Assembly: GCA_027310405.1 (NCBI GenBank)
Contig: DAIDAX010000001.1
Coordinates: 7,580 to 71,579 of the forward strand
Direction of reading: 5' to 3'
Origin: a bacterium
GTDB taxonomy: Archaea; Aenigmatarchaeota; Aenigmatarchaeia; CG10238-14; SCSR01
DNA length: 64,000 bases
Shown here in pieces: positions 1-8,612 of this stretch (positions are counted from its first letter, which is position 1; every line of letters starts with the position of its first letter). The position numbers and the translations under genes are program-made. The notes below the pieces were generated by a model. That model saw only the letters and a program-made list of their open reading frames with translations. It was not told the DNA's origin and did no database searches.

Positions 1-402
1 AAGTTAGGTGACACGCTAAGATCAGAGAAAAAAATTGTTTATCTGATGGACAAGAGTTGGTTAGAACACGAACTTGGGCAACGTGAACGAGCCGATGACA
101 GAATATATCATCGACCAGAAATGTTGAGGCGATTAAGAACTCTCATGGATCACAAGAATTGCAGACTGGGAATTTTAGGCGGAAATTCAAGAAACATAAT
201 TTTAGATAAAGATTACATCGCTTCCGGTGTTCGATATCCCGGTGGAGGCAGTCTAGCAGGTCTTTTTCAAACCGATAAATCTCTTGTTCCATGGTTTGAC
301 TCAAAATTTTATGCAAAATCAACTGGAATTGATTCTGATCTCTATAATAAATTTGCTGAACTTGCAGCGCATGGTACTTCAGAACCAGATAGTCCTTGGT
401 GA
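1..402 (+). CDS. hypothetical protein, C-terminal fragment (reading frame open from window start)
   Basis: Frame 1 is open from position 1 to the stop at 400-402. The 118-aa ORF at 46 is probably the tail of a longer protein. It sits directly upstream of the S17 gene, where archaea often carry RNase P Rpp29, but I see no recognisable Rpp29 motifs. Confidence 0.3.
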   Translation, partial: KLGDTLRSEKKIVYLMDKSWLEHELGQRERADDRIYHRPEMLRRLRTLMDHKNCRLGILGGNSRNIILDKDYIASGVRYPGGGSLAGLFQTDKSLVPWFDSKFYAKSTGIDSDLYNKFAELAAHGTSEPDSPW

Positions 403-411
403 TGATTAGTT

Positions 412-741
412 ATGAAAGCACAAACACGAAACATCGGTTTGCAGGTGAAAGCTCCAGAAAAAACTTGCGAGGATCCGAAGTGTCCGTTTCATGGAGAACT
501 TCCAGTGCGTGGAAAATTAATTGAAGGTACTGTGGTTTCTACTCGCGCACAGAAAACAGCGATAATCGAAAAACAGTATCAACATTTTTTGCCGAAATAC
601 CAGAGATTTGAGAGAAGACATTCCAGAATTGCTGCGTACAATCCAGAATGCATTTCTGCAAAAGAAGGAAACAGAGTACTCATTGCCGAATGCAGGCCGT
701 TGAGCAAGACGAAAAGTTTTGTTGTTGTGGAGAAGATGTAG
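412..741 (+). CDS. rps17: 30S ribosomal protein S17 (eukaryotic S11 family)
   Basis: The translation (CPFHGELPVRGKL..., 109 aa) matches archaeal S17 in length and conserved N-terminal region. Its position before L14 fits the conserved archaeal order. Confidence 0.85.
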   Translation: MKAQTRNIGLQVKAPEKTCEDPKCPFHGELPVRGKLIEGTVVSTRAQKTAIIEKQYQHFLPKYQRFERRHSRIAAYNPECISAKEGNRVLIAECRPLSKTKSFVVVEKM

Positions 742-742
742 A

Positions 743-1003
743 ATGATTACAGACACAAGTACCCATCTTACACAAGAACAAATAAAACTTCTTAAACTCC
801 TCCATGAAAAGGAAAGAATTGGACTTAGTGATGCTACAGTAGAATTGTTTGGTGAAGGTGGGTACATTGGTCAAATGAAAAATCTTGTTGCAAGTTTACG
901 TAGATACGAAATTGTTTTGATGGTTAAGGACGTTATTAGATTTACTCCATATGGAGAAGATTTTTATAACAGAAAATTCGGCAATCAAGGTGAATTTTCA
1001 TGA
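743..1003 (+). CDS. small HTH-like protein inserted between S17 and L14 genes
   Basis: An 86-aa ORF starts 2 nt after the S17 stop and overlaps the L14 start by 4 nt. The sequence LTQEQIKLLKLLHEKERIGLSDATVEL looks like a helix-turn-helix, but no family is recognised. Confidence 0.35.
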   Translation: MITDTSTHLTQEQIKLLKLLHEKERIGLSDATVELFGEGGYIGQMKNLVASLRRYEIVLMVKDVIRFTPYGEDFYNRKFGNQGEFS

Positions 1004-1398
1004 AAGCGATTAAAGCTTCGATAAAACGTTCGCTGAATGTCGGTACTTATCTGAACTGTGCGGATAATAGTGGAGCAAAAATTTTGCAACTGATTTCTGT
1101 CGGCGGATACAAAGGAGTGAAGAGGAGACAACCTGCTGCGGGAATTGCAGATTTAGTGAAAGTCACTGTGAAGGAGGGAGATGTAAAAGTTAGAAAGCAA
1201 ATTTTCAATGCTGTCATAATCAGACAAAAATCGGAGTACAGAAGAGCAGGTGGAATGAGAGTTGGTTTTGAAGACAACGCTGCAGTTCTTACTGATGAGA
1301 ATGGTGAACCAAAGGGAACAGAGATAAAAGGACCGGTTGCAAAGGAAGCTGTAGAAAGATTTTCTTCAATTGGAAAAATCGCAAGTATAGTGGTATAA
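1000..1398 (+). CDS. rpl14: 50S ribosomal protein L14
   Basis: The translation (LNCADNSGAKIL...GMRVGFEDNAAVL) shows strong L14 motifs over 132 aa. Confidence 0.9.
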   Translation: MKAIKASIKRSLNVGTYLNCADNSGAKILQLISVGGYKGVKRRQPAAGIADLVKVTVKEGDVKVRKQIFNAVIIRQKSEYRRAGGMRVGFEDNAAVLTDENGEPKGTEIKGPVAKEAVERFSSIGKIASIVV

Positions 1399-1399
1399 A

Positions 1400-1894
1400 A
1401 TGGAAGATTCGGTTTATCTTGATCAAATAGACGAGATGGTAAAAACCAGCGTGGACGAAGCAAGCAGACTTGATAGAAATATTTTGCGCGTGGATTCTGA
1501 AGATCGAATGCTTCCCCTCTCGGTTGTGGCTGAATATAGTGCAACGATATCAGGAAAAGCCCATGTGACACATCTTGAGATTTATCCACTTAGCGATAGC
1601 GGAAAAAATCTAATCACGCAATGGAAAGGAAAATACGATCGACGTGACTCAAATCCCGTTAGACAAATTAACTTGTATGGAATAATGGCAAACGATGATT
1701 GGATTCATGTTTTTAAATCATCGGAAAGTGTAGACGAACTTTTAGATAGTGTGCTACCATTTGTAGATGATTTTCATAGAATAGTAACTTTTCTAAATAA
1801 AAGAGATTCTAAAGTAGCAACAGAATTTGTTTCGAAAGTTTGGAAATATTATGAGAACCTACTTGATGAAGCAGGAGTTCCAGCATCAGTATGA
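1400..1894 (+). CDS. hypothetical protein (164 aa) inserted between L14 and L24 genes
   Basis: The ORF is tightly coupled: it starts 1 nt after the L14 stop and overlaps the L24 start by 4 nt. I recognise no family. Confidence 0.5.
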   Translation: MEDSVYLDQIDEMVKTSVDEASRLDRNILRVDSEDRMLPLSVVAEYSATISGKAHVTHLEIYPLSDSGKNLITQWKGKYDRRDSNPVRQINLYGIMANDDWIHVFKSSESVDELLDSVLPFVDDFHRIVTFLNKRDSKVATEFVSKVWKYYENLLDEAGVPASV

Positions 1895-2436
1895 CAACAA
1901 TATCAAAACAACCTCGCAAGCAAAGAAAATTCTTGTACAATGCTCCGCTAAATTTGAGAAGAAAATTCTTGTCAGCACATTTGTCGAAAGAATTGAGAAA
2001 AATTTACAAGAGAAGAAGCTTACAGTTGAGAGAGGGGGACGAAGTAAAAATAATGAGAGGAGATAACGCTGGCAAAACTGGAAAAATTTCAAAAGTTGAT
2101 TTGGAAAAATACAAAGTTTATATCGAGGGTATTGTGCAGAAAAGGACAGTTGGTCCTGAAGTTCAAGTTCCGATACATCCGAGCAATTTGTTGCTTATCA
2201 ACCCGATAATTGAAGACGAGATGCGCGCCAAAGTTTTGAGAAGAAAAGTGAAGGAAGTAAAAGTTGAAAAACGCGCAGAACAAAAACCAAAAGAAGAAAA
2301 ACCGAAAGTTGAAACAAAAATGGAGGAGAAACATGGCAAGACTGAAAAGACTTCTAGTGCCAAGGTTTTGGAAAGTGGCAAAAAAGCAAAAACACTGGGC
2401 AGTCGCTCCAAGACCAGGTCCGCACAGAAAGTTTGA
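1891..2436 (+). CDS. rpl24: 50S ribosomal protein L24 (KOW) with Lys/Glu-rich C-terminal extension
   Basis: The N-terminal 115 aa or so match archaeal L24 (KOW: GDEVKIMRGDNAGKTGKISKV...IHPSNLLLI). The frame stays open another 65 aa or so of K/E-rich low-complexity sequence, overlapping the S4e start. Confidence 0.8.
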   Translation: MTTISKQPRKQRKFLYNAPLNLRRKFLSAHLSKELRKIYKRRSLQLREGDEVKIMRGDNAGKTGKISKVDLEKYKVYIEGIVQKRTVGPEVQVPIHPSNLLLINPIIEDEMRAKVLRRKVKEVKVEKRAEQKPKEEKPKVETKMEEKHGKTEKTSSAKVLESGKKAKTLGSRSKTRSAQKV

Positions 2437-3034
2437 GAGTATACCATTGCAGATAATTCTGAGAGACATATTGAGTGTTGTCGAAACTGGCAGAGAAGCA
2501 CAGAAGATTGTCAACTCTGGAGAAATTTTTGTTGATGGCAAGAAAAGAAAAGATTACGCTTATCCAGTTGGATTGTTCGATGTTGTTTCTATTCCAAATA
2601 TTCAAAGATTTTATCGAGTTGTACCTACAGAAAATGGCCTTAACATTATCGAAATTCCAGAATCCGAAAGCAAATTGAAAATTTTCAGAATTGAAAACAA
2701 AAAAACATTGAAAGGAAACAAAATTCAACTTAACCTTAGTGGTGGAAAAAATATTTTGTTAGAAAAAAATAATTACAAAACTGGAGACTCATTGCTGATT
2801 GATCTAAGTTCTGGAAAAATTTTGGAACATTTTTCTTTTATCAAAGATAGTCTTGGAATTGTTACTTCTGGACCAAACAGCGGTAAGCTTGGAAAAATTA
2901 AGAAAATTATTTTGGGCAATGCACATTCTGCAACAAAACTTATTTGTGAAATTGGTGACAGTGAAAAAGAAGTTAATAAACAAGATTTTTTTGTTGTGGG
3001 CAAAACTAAGTCTGCGATAACGGTGGTTATCTGA
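2333..3034 (+). CDS. rps4e: 30S ribosomal protein S4e
   Basis: MARLKRLLVPRFWKV matches the conserved S4e N-terminus (KRL.AP..W). The start is chosen at the internal Met of the longer 2264 ORF, which lies in a different frame from the L24 tail. Confidence 0.85.
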   Translation: MARLKRLLVPRFWKVAKKQKHWAVAPRPGPHRKFESIPLQIILRDILSVVETGREAQKIVNSGEIFVDGKKRKDYAYPVGLFDVVSIPNIQRFYRVVPTENGLNIIEIPESESKLKIFRIENKKTLKGNKIQLNLSGGKNILLEKNNYKTGDSLLIDLSSGKILEHFSFIKDSLGIVTSGPNSGKLGKIKKIILGNAHSATKLICEIGDSEKEVNKQDFFVVGKTKSAITVVI

Positions 3035-3546
3035 TGCAGGAAAACCCGATGCGCGAAATCAAAATAGAAAAAGTTACACTCAATGTTGGTTGTGGCGATG
3101 ACAAACAGAAGATTGAGAAAGCTACAAAACTTTTGGAATTGTTGACTGAACAAAAACCTGTTGGAACAGTTTCCAAGAAGAGAAGCACTTTCGGAGTTGC
3201 AAAGGGAAAGCCACTTGGAGTAAAAGTTACTCTGAGAAAAAAGAAAGCAGAAGATTTTTTCAAGCTAGCTCTTGCAGCACAGGGGAATAAACTGAGAGCT
3301 GTTCAACTTGATGAGCAAGGAAACATAAACATCGGAGTGAAAGAGTATATAGATCTTCCAGGAGTGAAGTATTCACATGATGTCGGAGTTCTTGGCTTGG
3401 GTGTTGCTGTGACATTGAACAGAAAAGGCTACAGAATTGCGAGAAGAAAAATTATGAAAACACATATAGGGAAAAAACACAAAATTAATAAAGAAGAAGT
3501 GCTCAATTGGTTAAAACAAAAGTATGGTGTGGAAATTGTTGAATGA
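3034..3546 (+). CDS. rpl5: 50S ribosomal protein L5
   Basis: The translation is typical L5 (NPMREIKIEKVTLNVG...GVKYSHDVGVLG). Its start codon overlaps the S4e stop (ATGA). Confidence 0.9.
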   Translation: MQENPMREIKIEKVTLNVGCGDDKQKIEKATKLLELLTEQKPVGTVSKKRSTFGVAKGKPLGVKVTLRKKKAEDFFKLALAAQGNKLRAVQLDEQGNINIGVKEYIDLPGVKYSHDVGVLGLGVAVTLNRKGYRIARRKIMKTHIGKKHKINKEEVLNWLKQKYGVEIVE

Positions 3547-3565
3547 ACAAAATCTTGAACTGACA

Positions 3566-3712
3566 ATGAAACTTGATGGAGTAATTTTGCGCAAGGCTGA
3601 GTTTCTAAATGATTTCACTGGAGTTTACAACATGATTTTCGAAAGAATGGAAGAACTCGGCGAAACTGAGGGCGACATGTTTCTCGCGATTCTCGGCGAA
3701 ATCGGCGGCTGA
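3566..3712 (+). CDS. small hypothetical ORF between L5 and S14 genes
   Basis: A 48-62 aa ORF; the track lists it from 3524, overlapping the L5 end. It has no recognisable family and coding status is uncertain. Confidence 0.2.
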   Translation: MKLDGVILRKAEFLNDFTGVYNMIFERMEELGETEGDMFLAILGEIGG

Positions 3713-3732
3713 TTTTTTTGGAACACAAGGCA

Positions 3733-3873
3733 ATGAAACGGCTCGGCAAGGAAACTAAAATTTGCAGACGCTGTGGAACTCATCGCGGCGTGATTCGTTC
3801 TTATGGACTTTACTATTGCAGACGTTGTTTCAGAGAAGTTGCAAAAAGCGTTGGCTTCCAAAAATACAGATAA
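3733..3873 (+). CDS. rps14: 30S ribosomal protein S14 type Z (zinc-binding)
   Basis: A manual translation of 46 aa reads [46 protein letters not shown], with the CxxC...CxxC zinc motif of type-Z S14. It is below the ORF-track size cutoff. Confidence 0.85.
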   Translation: MKRLGKETKICRRCGTHRGVIRSYGLYYCRRCFREVAKSVGFQKYR

Positions 3874-3902
3874 GTTTTATTCTACAATTATAAAATTAAA
3901 TT

Positions 3903-4769
3903 ATGGTTTTTGATTTAGTTCTTCTAGCAATTGCACTAGTTGGATCTTCTGCAGCAGCGATCTATGATTTGAAAACAACTGAAGTTCCAGATTGGCTTTT
4001 TTATGTCATGGGTGGATTGGGTTTAATTTTCTCTATCATCCAAGCATTGTCTACAAATAATTTTTTAACTTTGGAAAACGCAACAATTTTTTCGCTTGGT
4101 TTATTTGGTTTTGGATTTTTGATGTACAAGACCGGACAATGGGGTGGAGCGGACGCGGTGCTTCTAGGTTTGATTGGATTCATGGTTCCACAATTACCCA
4201 GTGGGTTTTTGACGAATTTGATATTTCCATTTCCAATTAGTTTTCTTTTCAATGTTTTTTTAATCGGTGCTGCATACATGATTGTCTATGCAATAATTTT
4301 TGCATATCGAACAAAAACATTATTTGGAATTTTTTCCAAAGAAGTCAAAGCCTCTGCAAGAATGTTGGGAATGTTTTCGACGATTCTTTTCTTTGCTCTG
4401 GTTGGAATAACTTTATACATGAATTCAATTTTCTTTTTAAATTTGAACACACTACAGATTTTTCGATTGTCAATTGTACCAATAATTTTTTTGATTGGAT
4501 TACTTCTATTTTATAAATTTGCACAAATCATTGAAAAATTTGGATTCAGGAAAAAGATTCCAATATCAAAATTGAGAGTCGGAGATATGCTAATGTCCAA
4601 GAAAGAACTTGTCGGAATCACACCTGAACAATTGCATAGAATTAAAAAATCGAAAAAGAAGTTTGTTTGGATTAAAGAAGGAGTGCGTTTCGCTCCAGCT
4701 TTTCCCCTTGCACTATTGTACACAGTTTTTTTTGGTGATGCAATTCTGCTGTTAAGTCTAATCCTTTAG
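3903..4769 (+). CDS. type IV prepilin / preflagellin peptidase (A24 family, FlaK/PibD-like) membrane protein
   Basis: It is polytopic, with a conserved Asp early in TM1 (AAIYDLKTTEVPDW) and the QWGGADAVLLG motif matching the GxGD/GGAD catalytic signature of A24 peptidases. Confidence 0.55.
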   Translation: MVFDLVLLAIALVGSSAAAIYDLKTTEVPDWLFYVMGGLGLIFSIIQALSTNNFLTLENATIFSLGLFGFGFLMYKTGQWGGADAVLLGLIGFMVPQLPSGFLTNLIFPFPISFLFNVFLIGAAYMIVYAIIFAYRTKTLFGIFSKEVKASARMLGMFSTILFFALVGITLYMNSIFFLNLNTLQIFRLSIVPIIFLIGLLLFYKFAQIIEKFGFRKKIPISKLRVGDMLMSKKELVGITPEQLHRIKKSKKKFVWIKEGVRFAPAFPLALLYTVFFGDAILLLSLIL

Positions 4770-6056
4770 TTTCTCGAGTTTCTCTTTTCCGTTCATGAAA
4801 GGTCGCAAAACTTTTGGAATTGTAACTGTGCCATCTGGATTTTGAAATTGTTCGACAACTGCAATCATCGCTCGGCTTGTTGCAATTGCTGTATTGTTCA
4901 ACATGTGCACAAAACCTAAAACTGGTTTACCAGAGCCTTCACGAAAACGAATGTTCAATCTTCGTGCTTGATAATCTGTAACGTTCGAATTGCTTCCGAC
5001 TTCTCTGAATTTTCCATCAGCCATCCAAGCTTCTGTATCATATTTTTTTGCAGCTTTTGCTCCTATGTCACCTGTGCAAACATTCACAACTCTGTAGTGC
5101 AAACCAAGTTGCTGATAAAGTTCCTCTGTATTTTTTTGAAGCTCTTCGTGAAATTTCCAAGAGTCTTCTGGCCGACAAAAAATAAATTGTTCGATCTTGT
5201 TGAACTGATGGACTCTAAAAAGACCTTTCGTATATTTTCCATGAGTTCCAACTTCTCTTCTGAAACATGGACTCATCCCACATACTTTTATCGGCAAATC
5301 TTTCATGTCCAAAATTTGATCAACGAACAATGCGCCTGCAGAGTATTCGGATGTTGGAATGAGATACAGTTCTTCGTTCTCAATTTTGTAGCTCGCTTCA
5401 GAAAAATCTGTAGGATCTCCAATCATTCCGATATAAACCTTTTTATTAACCATATATGGTGGCTCAACAACAACGAATCCTTTGTTGCGCAAAAAATCCA
5501 TCGCAAATCTTTGCAAAGCCAAATCAAGCAATACCAAATCATTTTTCAAATAGTAAAATCCAGAACCGGCTACTTGTGCCGCAGTTTCTGTATCGAATAA
5601 ACCTAGATTTTGTAAAATTGTTACGTGATCTTTGGGCTCGAAATTAAATTTTGGAGGTTTCCCCCATCTGCGAACTTCGACATTCTCTGTGTCATCTTTT
5701 CCGAAAGGAACAGATTCGTGAAGCAAATTCGGTATGCGCAAGAGCAAATCCTTTTCTTTTTGTTCTGCTTCGGTAAGTTTAGCTTCTTTGGTTTTTAATT
5801 CTTCGGGAATTTTTTCTGCTTCTTTCATCAATTTTTTTGTATCTTTCTTTGTTTTTTTTGCTGCAGCAATCTTTCCGCTTACTTCATTTCGTTTTGCTCG
5901 TAACTGATTTATTTCCGTTGTAAATTTTCTCCACTGTTCGTCTACTTTCAAAAGTTCATCAAACATTTTTAGATAATCGGGGTTCTGCCTGCGTTTTAAA
6001 TTTTCACGAACTTCTTCAGGCTTCCCTCTTATAAGCTTGATGTCAATCATTTTCAT
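4758..6056 (-). CDS. serS: seryl-tRNA synthetase
   Basis: It has an N-terminal coiled-coil arm and class II core motifs (FRREVGTHG..., GSGKPVLGFVHMLNNTAIATSR); 432 aa. Confidence 0.9.
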   Translation of the reverse strand: MKMIDIKLIRGKPEEVRENLKRRQNPDYLKMFDELLKVDEQWRKFTTEINQLRAKRNEVSGKIAAAKKTKKDTKKLMKEAEKIPEELKTKEAKLTEAEQKEKDLLLRIPNLLHESVPFGKDDTENVEVRRWGKPPKFNFEPKDHVTILQNLGLFDTETAAQVAGSGFYYLKNDLVLLDLALQRFAMDFLRNKGFVVVEPPYMVNKKVYIGMIGDPTDFSEASYKIENEELYLIPTSEYSAGALFVDQILDMKDLPIKVCGMSPCFRREVGTHGKYTKGLFRVHQFNKIEQFIFCRPEDSWKFHEELQKNTEELYQQLGLHYRVVNVCTGDIGAKAAKKYDTEAWMADGKFREVGSNSNVTDYQARRLNIRFREGSGKPVLGFVHMLNNTAIATSRAMIAVVEQFQNPDGTVTIPKVLRPFMNGKEKLEKLKD

Positions 6057-6106
6057 TCTCCAATTAGTGATTTAGAATTTTTACTTTAAATGTTAATTAT
6101 TGATTA

Positions 6107-7444
6107 ATGGCTTTGCATCTAAAGAGAGAACTCGGACTTTTTGAAGCGACGATGTACGGTGTTGGAATAATCATTGGTGCTGGAATTTATGCATTGATTG
6201 GTCCAGCTGCTGGTCTCACAGGTAATGCGCTTTGGATGGCATTCGTGATTGGTGCGGCAGTTAGTATTTTCACTGGATTGAGTTATGCAGAACTTTCATC
6301 AATGTTTCCAAAAGAAGCGGCGGAGTACATTTACATCAAAAAAGCATACAGACAAGAATATTTTGCGTTCCTGCTCGGATGGCTGATTATTTTTACAGGA
6401 GTTGTTTCGATTGCTACTGTTGCTTTGGGATTTGCTGGCTACTTTAACTCTTTGTTCAATCTCGGAGATAATTGGATTTCAATTTTAGTTGGTGGCGCAC
6501 TTATCGCAATTCTCTCTTTTGTGAATTTTTCCGGAATAAAAGAAACATCTAATTTCAACATAATTTTCACTTCAATCACGATTCTCGGATTACTTATTGT
6601 GATAGCTTTGGGTGTTGGAAAATTTGGAACAGTAAATTATTTTCAGCCCAGTATGGGCTACTCTGGAATTTTTACAGCAGCTGCGTTGATTTTTTTTGCA
6701 TACATCGGATTTGAAGACATAGTGAACGTGTCCGAAGAAACAAAAAAGCCAAGAAAAATTATTCCACGCGCTTTACTTTTTGCAGTAATTATTTCCACAG
6801 TGCTCTATGCGCTCACTTCGATTTCCGCGGTGAGTCTAGCAAGTCCGGAAGCATTAAGTCAAAGTTCTGCACCTCTTGCTCTTGCTGTTTCAAATTCTTT
6901 CCTCGGACAGAATGCACAATTGCTCTTGGATATAATTGCTCTATTTGCAACTGCAGGGACAGTTCTTGGAATACTTGTTGTAACTTCGAGAATGGTTTAT
7001 GGAATGGCTGAGCAAAAATCTGTACCAAAAATTTTATCACGCTTGCATAAAAGAAATCAAACACCGCACGTTGCAATTTTATTGATTTCAATTGCGGCAA
7101 TTTCATTTCTATTTTTCGGAAGTATAAGAGAAGTTGCAGAGATTACGAGCCTAGGTGCGCTGTCAACTTTCACAGCAGTGAATCTTGCACTAATCTGGCT
7201 GAGATTTACAAAACCAAACCTAAAGAGAGCTTTCAGAACACCACTGAACATCGGAAAATATCCAGTTATAGCTTTCCTTGGAGTTTTTTCAAATCTGTTC
7301 ATGATTTTCCAATTTAGATGGCCGATAATTTCGACGACATTAATTATTCTCGCAATTGGAACAGCGATTTACATCCTTCACAGGAAAGGATACATTGGTG
7401 AAGCAGTAGAACGAACAACAGGAATAAACATTGAACAAACTTAG
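6107..7444 (+). CDS. amino acid permease (APC superfamily)
   Basis: It has about 12 predicted TM segments and a typical APC N-terminus (LKRELGLFEATMYGVGIIIGAGIYAL). Confidence 0.8.
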   Translation: MALHLKRELGLFEATMYGVGIIIGAGIYALIGPAAGLTGNALWMAFVIGAAVSIFTGLSYAELSSMFPKEAAEYIYIKKAYRQEYFAFLLGWLIIFTGVVSIATVALGFAGYFNSLFNLGDNWISILVGGALIAILSFVNFSGIKETSNFNIIFTSITILGLLIVIALGVGKFGTVNYFQPSMGYSGIFTAAALIFFAYIGFEDIVNVSEETKKPRKIIPRALLFAVIISTVLYALTSISAVSLASPEALSQSSAPLALAVSNSFLGQNAQLLLDIIALFATAGTVLGILVVTSRMVYGMAEQKSVPKILSRLHKRNQTPHVAILLISIAAISFLFFGSIREVAEITSLGALSTFTAVNLALIWLRFTKPNLKRAFRTPLNIGKYPVIAFLGVFSNLFMIFQFRWPIISTTLIILAIGTAIYILHRKGYIGEAVERTTGINIEQT

Positions 7445-7447
7445 CTT

Positions 7448-8536
7448 CTATCTCGTGATTGAAAACTTGTTCACAGTTTCGTAAAGTTCTTTCGCTTTTT
7501 TATTTTTCTCAAAGTGTCTTCGCACTGGTGCAACAATTTTTTCCAGAGCTTCTGCTGTTGCGTTTTTGAAATCAACTGGATGTAATCTTCCCATTCGAAA
7601 ATCATTTTCCAAATCTGCATATGCGTGGTAAGTTATCGGGCCGCCGAATTGTTTTGCTCTGTCAACGTGAAACATTTTTGCTCTCTTAAAAATTATGTAC
7701 TTACAGTACTCGAGTACAGGATTTGTCTCAACATTTTTCGGTTCACAGAATGCATTAGAAATTTTTTTCTTGATTTCTTCTACAGAATCGTGAATGAATA
7801 TCGCGCTCTCCGGCCTGCTCTTACTCATCTTACTTGCAATCTGAATGTCGAGATTTCTATTTTCGTCAAAACCTTCTGGCTGTTTCATTCCCTGCAGTCC
7901 CATGATCATGTGATGCGAAACGACGACTGGTTTTTTCCATTTTAATTTTTCTGCAACTTCTCGCGCAAGAACATTCGCTCTTCTCTGATCCATTCCAAGT
8001 TGCGTAATGTCGCAGTCAAGCGCAAAAACATCACGAACCTGCATCATCGGATAAAATAATTGTGCTGTGTCTTTCAATTCTCCCATAGTTCTTCCCATTA
8101 TCGTAATTGCTCTCTGTGATCTTGCAAGCGTTGTGTTCTTTGCGATTTGTATAACACCTTTCCAATAATCTTGATTGTCTGCCATCTCACTTGTCCAAAA
8201 AAGTTCTACTCTCTTCGTGTTAATTCCAGAAGCTTTCCAAACTTCGACAAAATAATCTCCAGCGATTTTTATTTTTTCTAAATCTCCACCCACCTTGTTG
8301 TTTATCCAGGCAAACCAATCAGCGAGCAAAAGTTTGAACTTCACTCCGGCTTTCATTAAGTCTTCTAAATTACTAGCCCTAAAGAATGCCATTGCAATGT
8401 GTGCTGTACCGCTTGGCTCAAATCCATCGTAAGCAATTGGATGATCGTTTGTCTCTAGAACTTGTCGCAATTCTTGATCAGTTATCATCTCCTCACCTAC
8501 ATCTTTAATTAATTGAAAACGTGTTTCAACGTCCAC
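7448..8536 (-). CDS. tyrS: tyrosyl-tRNA synthetase (archaeal type)
   Basis: There is residue-level similarity to archaeal TyrRS across the protein (AYDGFEPSG..H, KIAGDY, YPMMQVRD, GMDQRR, KMSKS, NPVLEY, FGGPITY). Confidence 0.85.
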   Translation of the reverse strand: MDVETRFQLIKDVGEEMITDQELRQVLETNDHPIAYDGFEPSGTAHIAMAFFRASNLEDLMKAGVKFKLLLADWFAWINNKVGGDLEKIKIAGDYFVEVWKASGINTKRVELFWTSEMADNQDYWKGVIQIAKNTTLARSQRAITIMGRTMGELKDTAQLFYPMMQVRDVFALDCDITQLGMDQRRANVLAREVAEKLKWKKPVVVSHHMIMGLQGMKQPEGFDENRNLDIQIASKMSKSRPESAIFIHDSVEEIKKKISNAFCEPKNVETNPVLEYCKYIIFKRAKMFHVDRAKQFGGPITYHAYADLENDFRMGRLHPVDFKNATAEALEKIVAPVRRHFEKNKKAKELYETVNKFSITR

Positions 8537-8612
8537 TTAAACACCAATAGTTAATGTTTCTTTTTGCAAAATTTAAAAGTGCAGAGAACAAAGCTTTTGT
8601 GAGGAAAAAAGA

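Noticed and set aside
1-402. Identification of the 5' partial ORF as RNase P protein Rpp29 (expected upstream of S17 in archaea)
   Set aside because: It has no recognisable Rpp29 sequence features, so it is left as a hypothetical C-terminal fragment.
2089-2728. Minus-strand ORFs (150, 112, 124 aa) across the L24/S4e region
   Set aside because: They are antisense to well-supported ribosomal protein genes and have F/L/C-rich low-complexity translations.
4968-5647. Plus-strand ORFs (210 aa and 63 aa) antisense to serS
   Set aside because: They lie entirely inside the strongly supported seryl-tRNA synthetase gene on the opposite strand. Their composition is low-complexity (F/I/C-rich), typical of antisense frames in AT-rich DNA.
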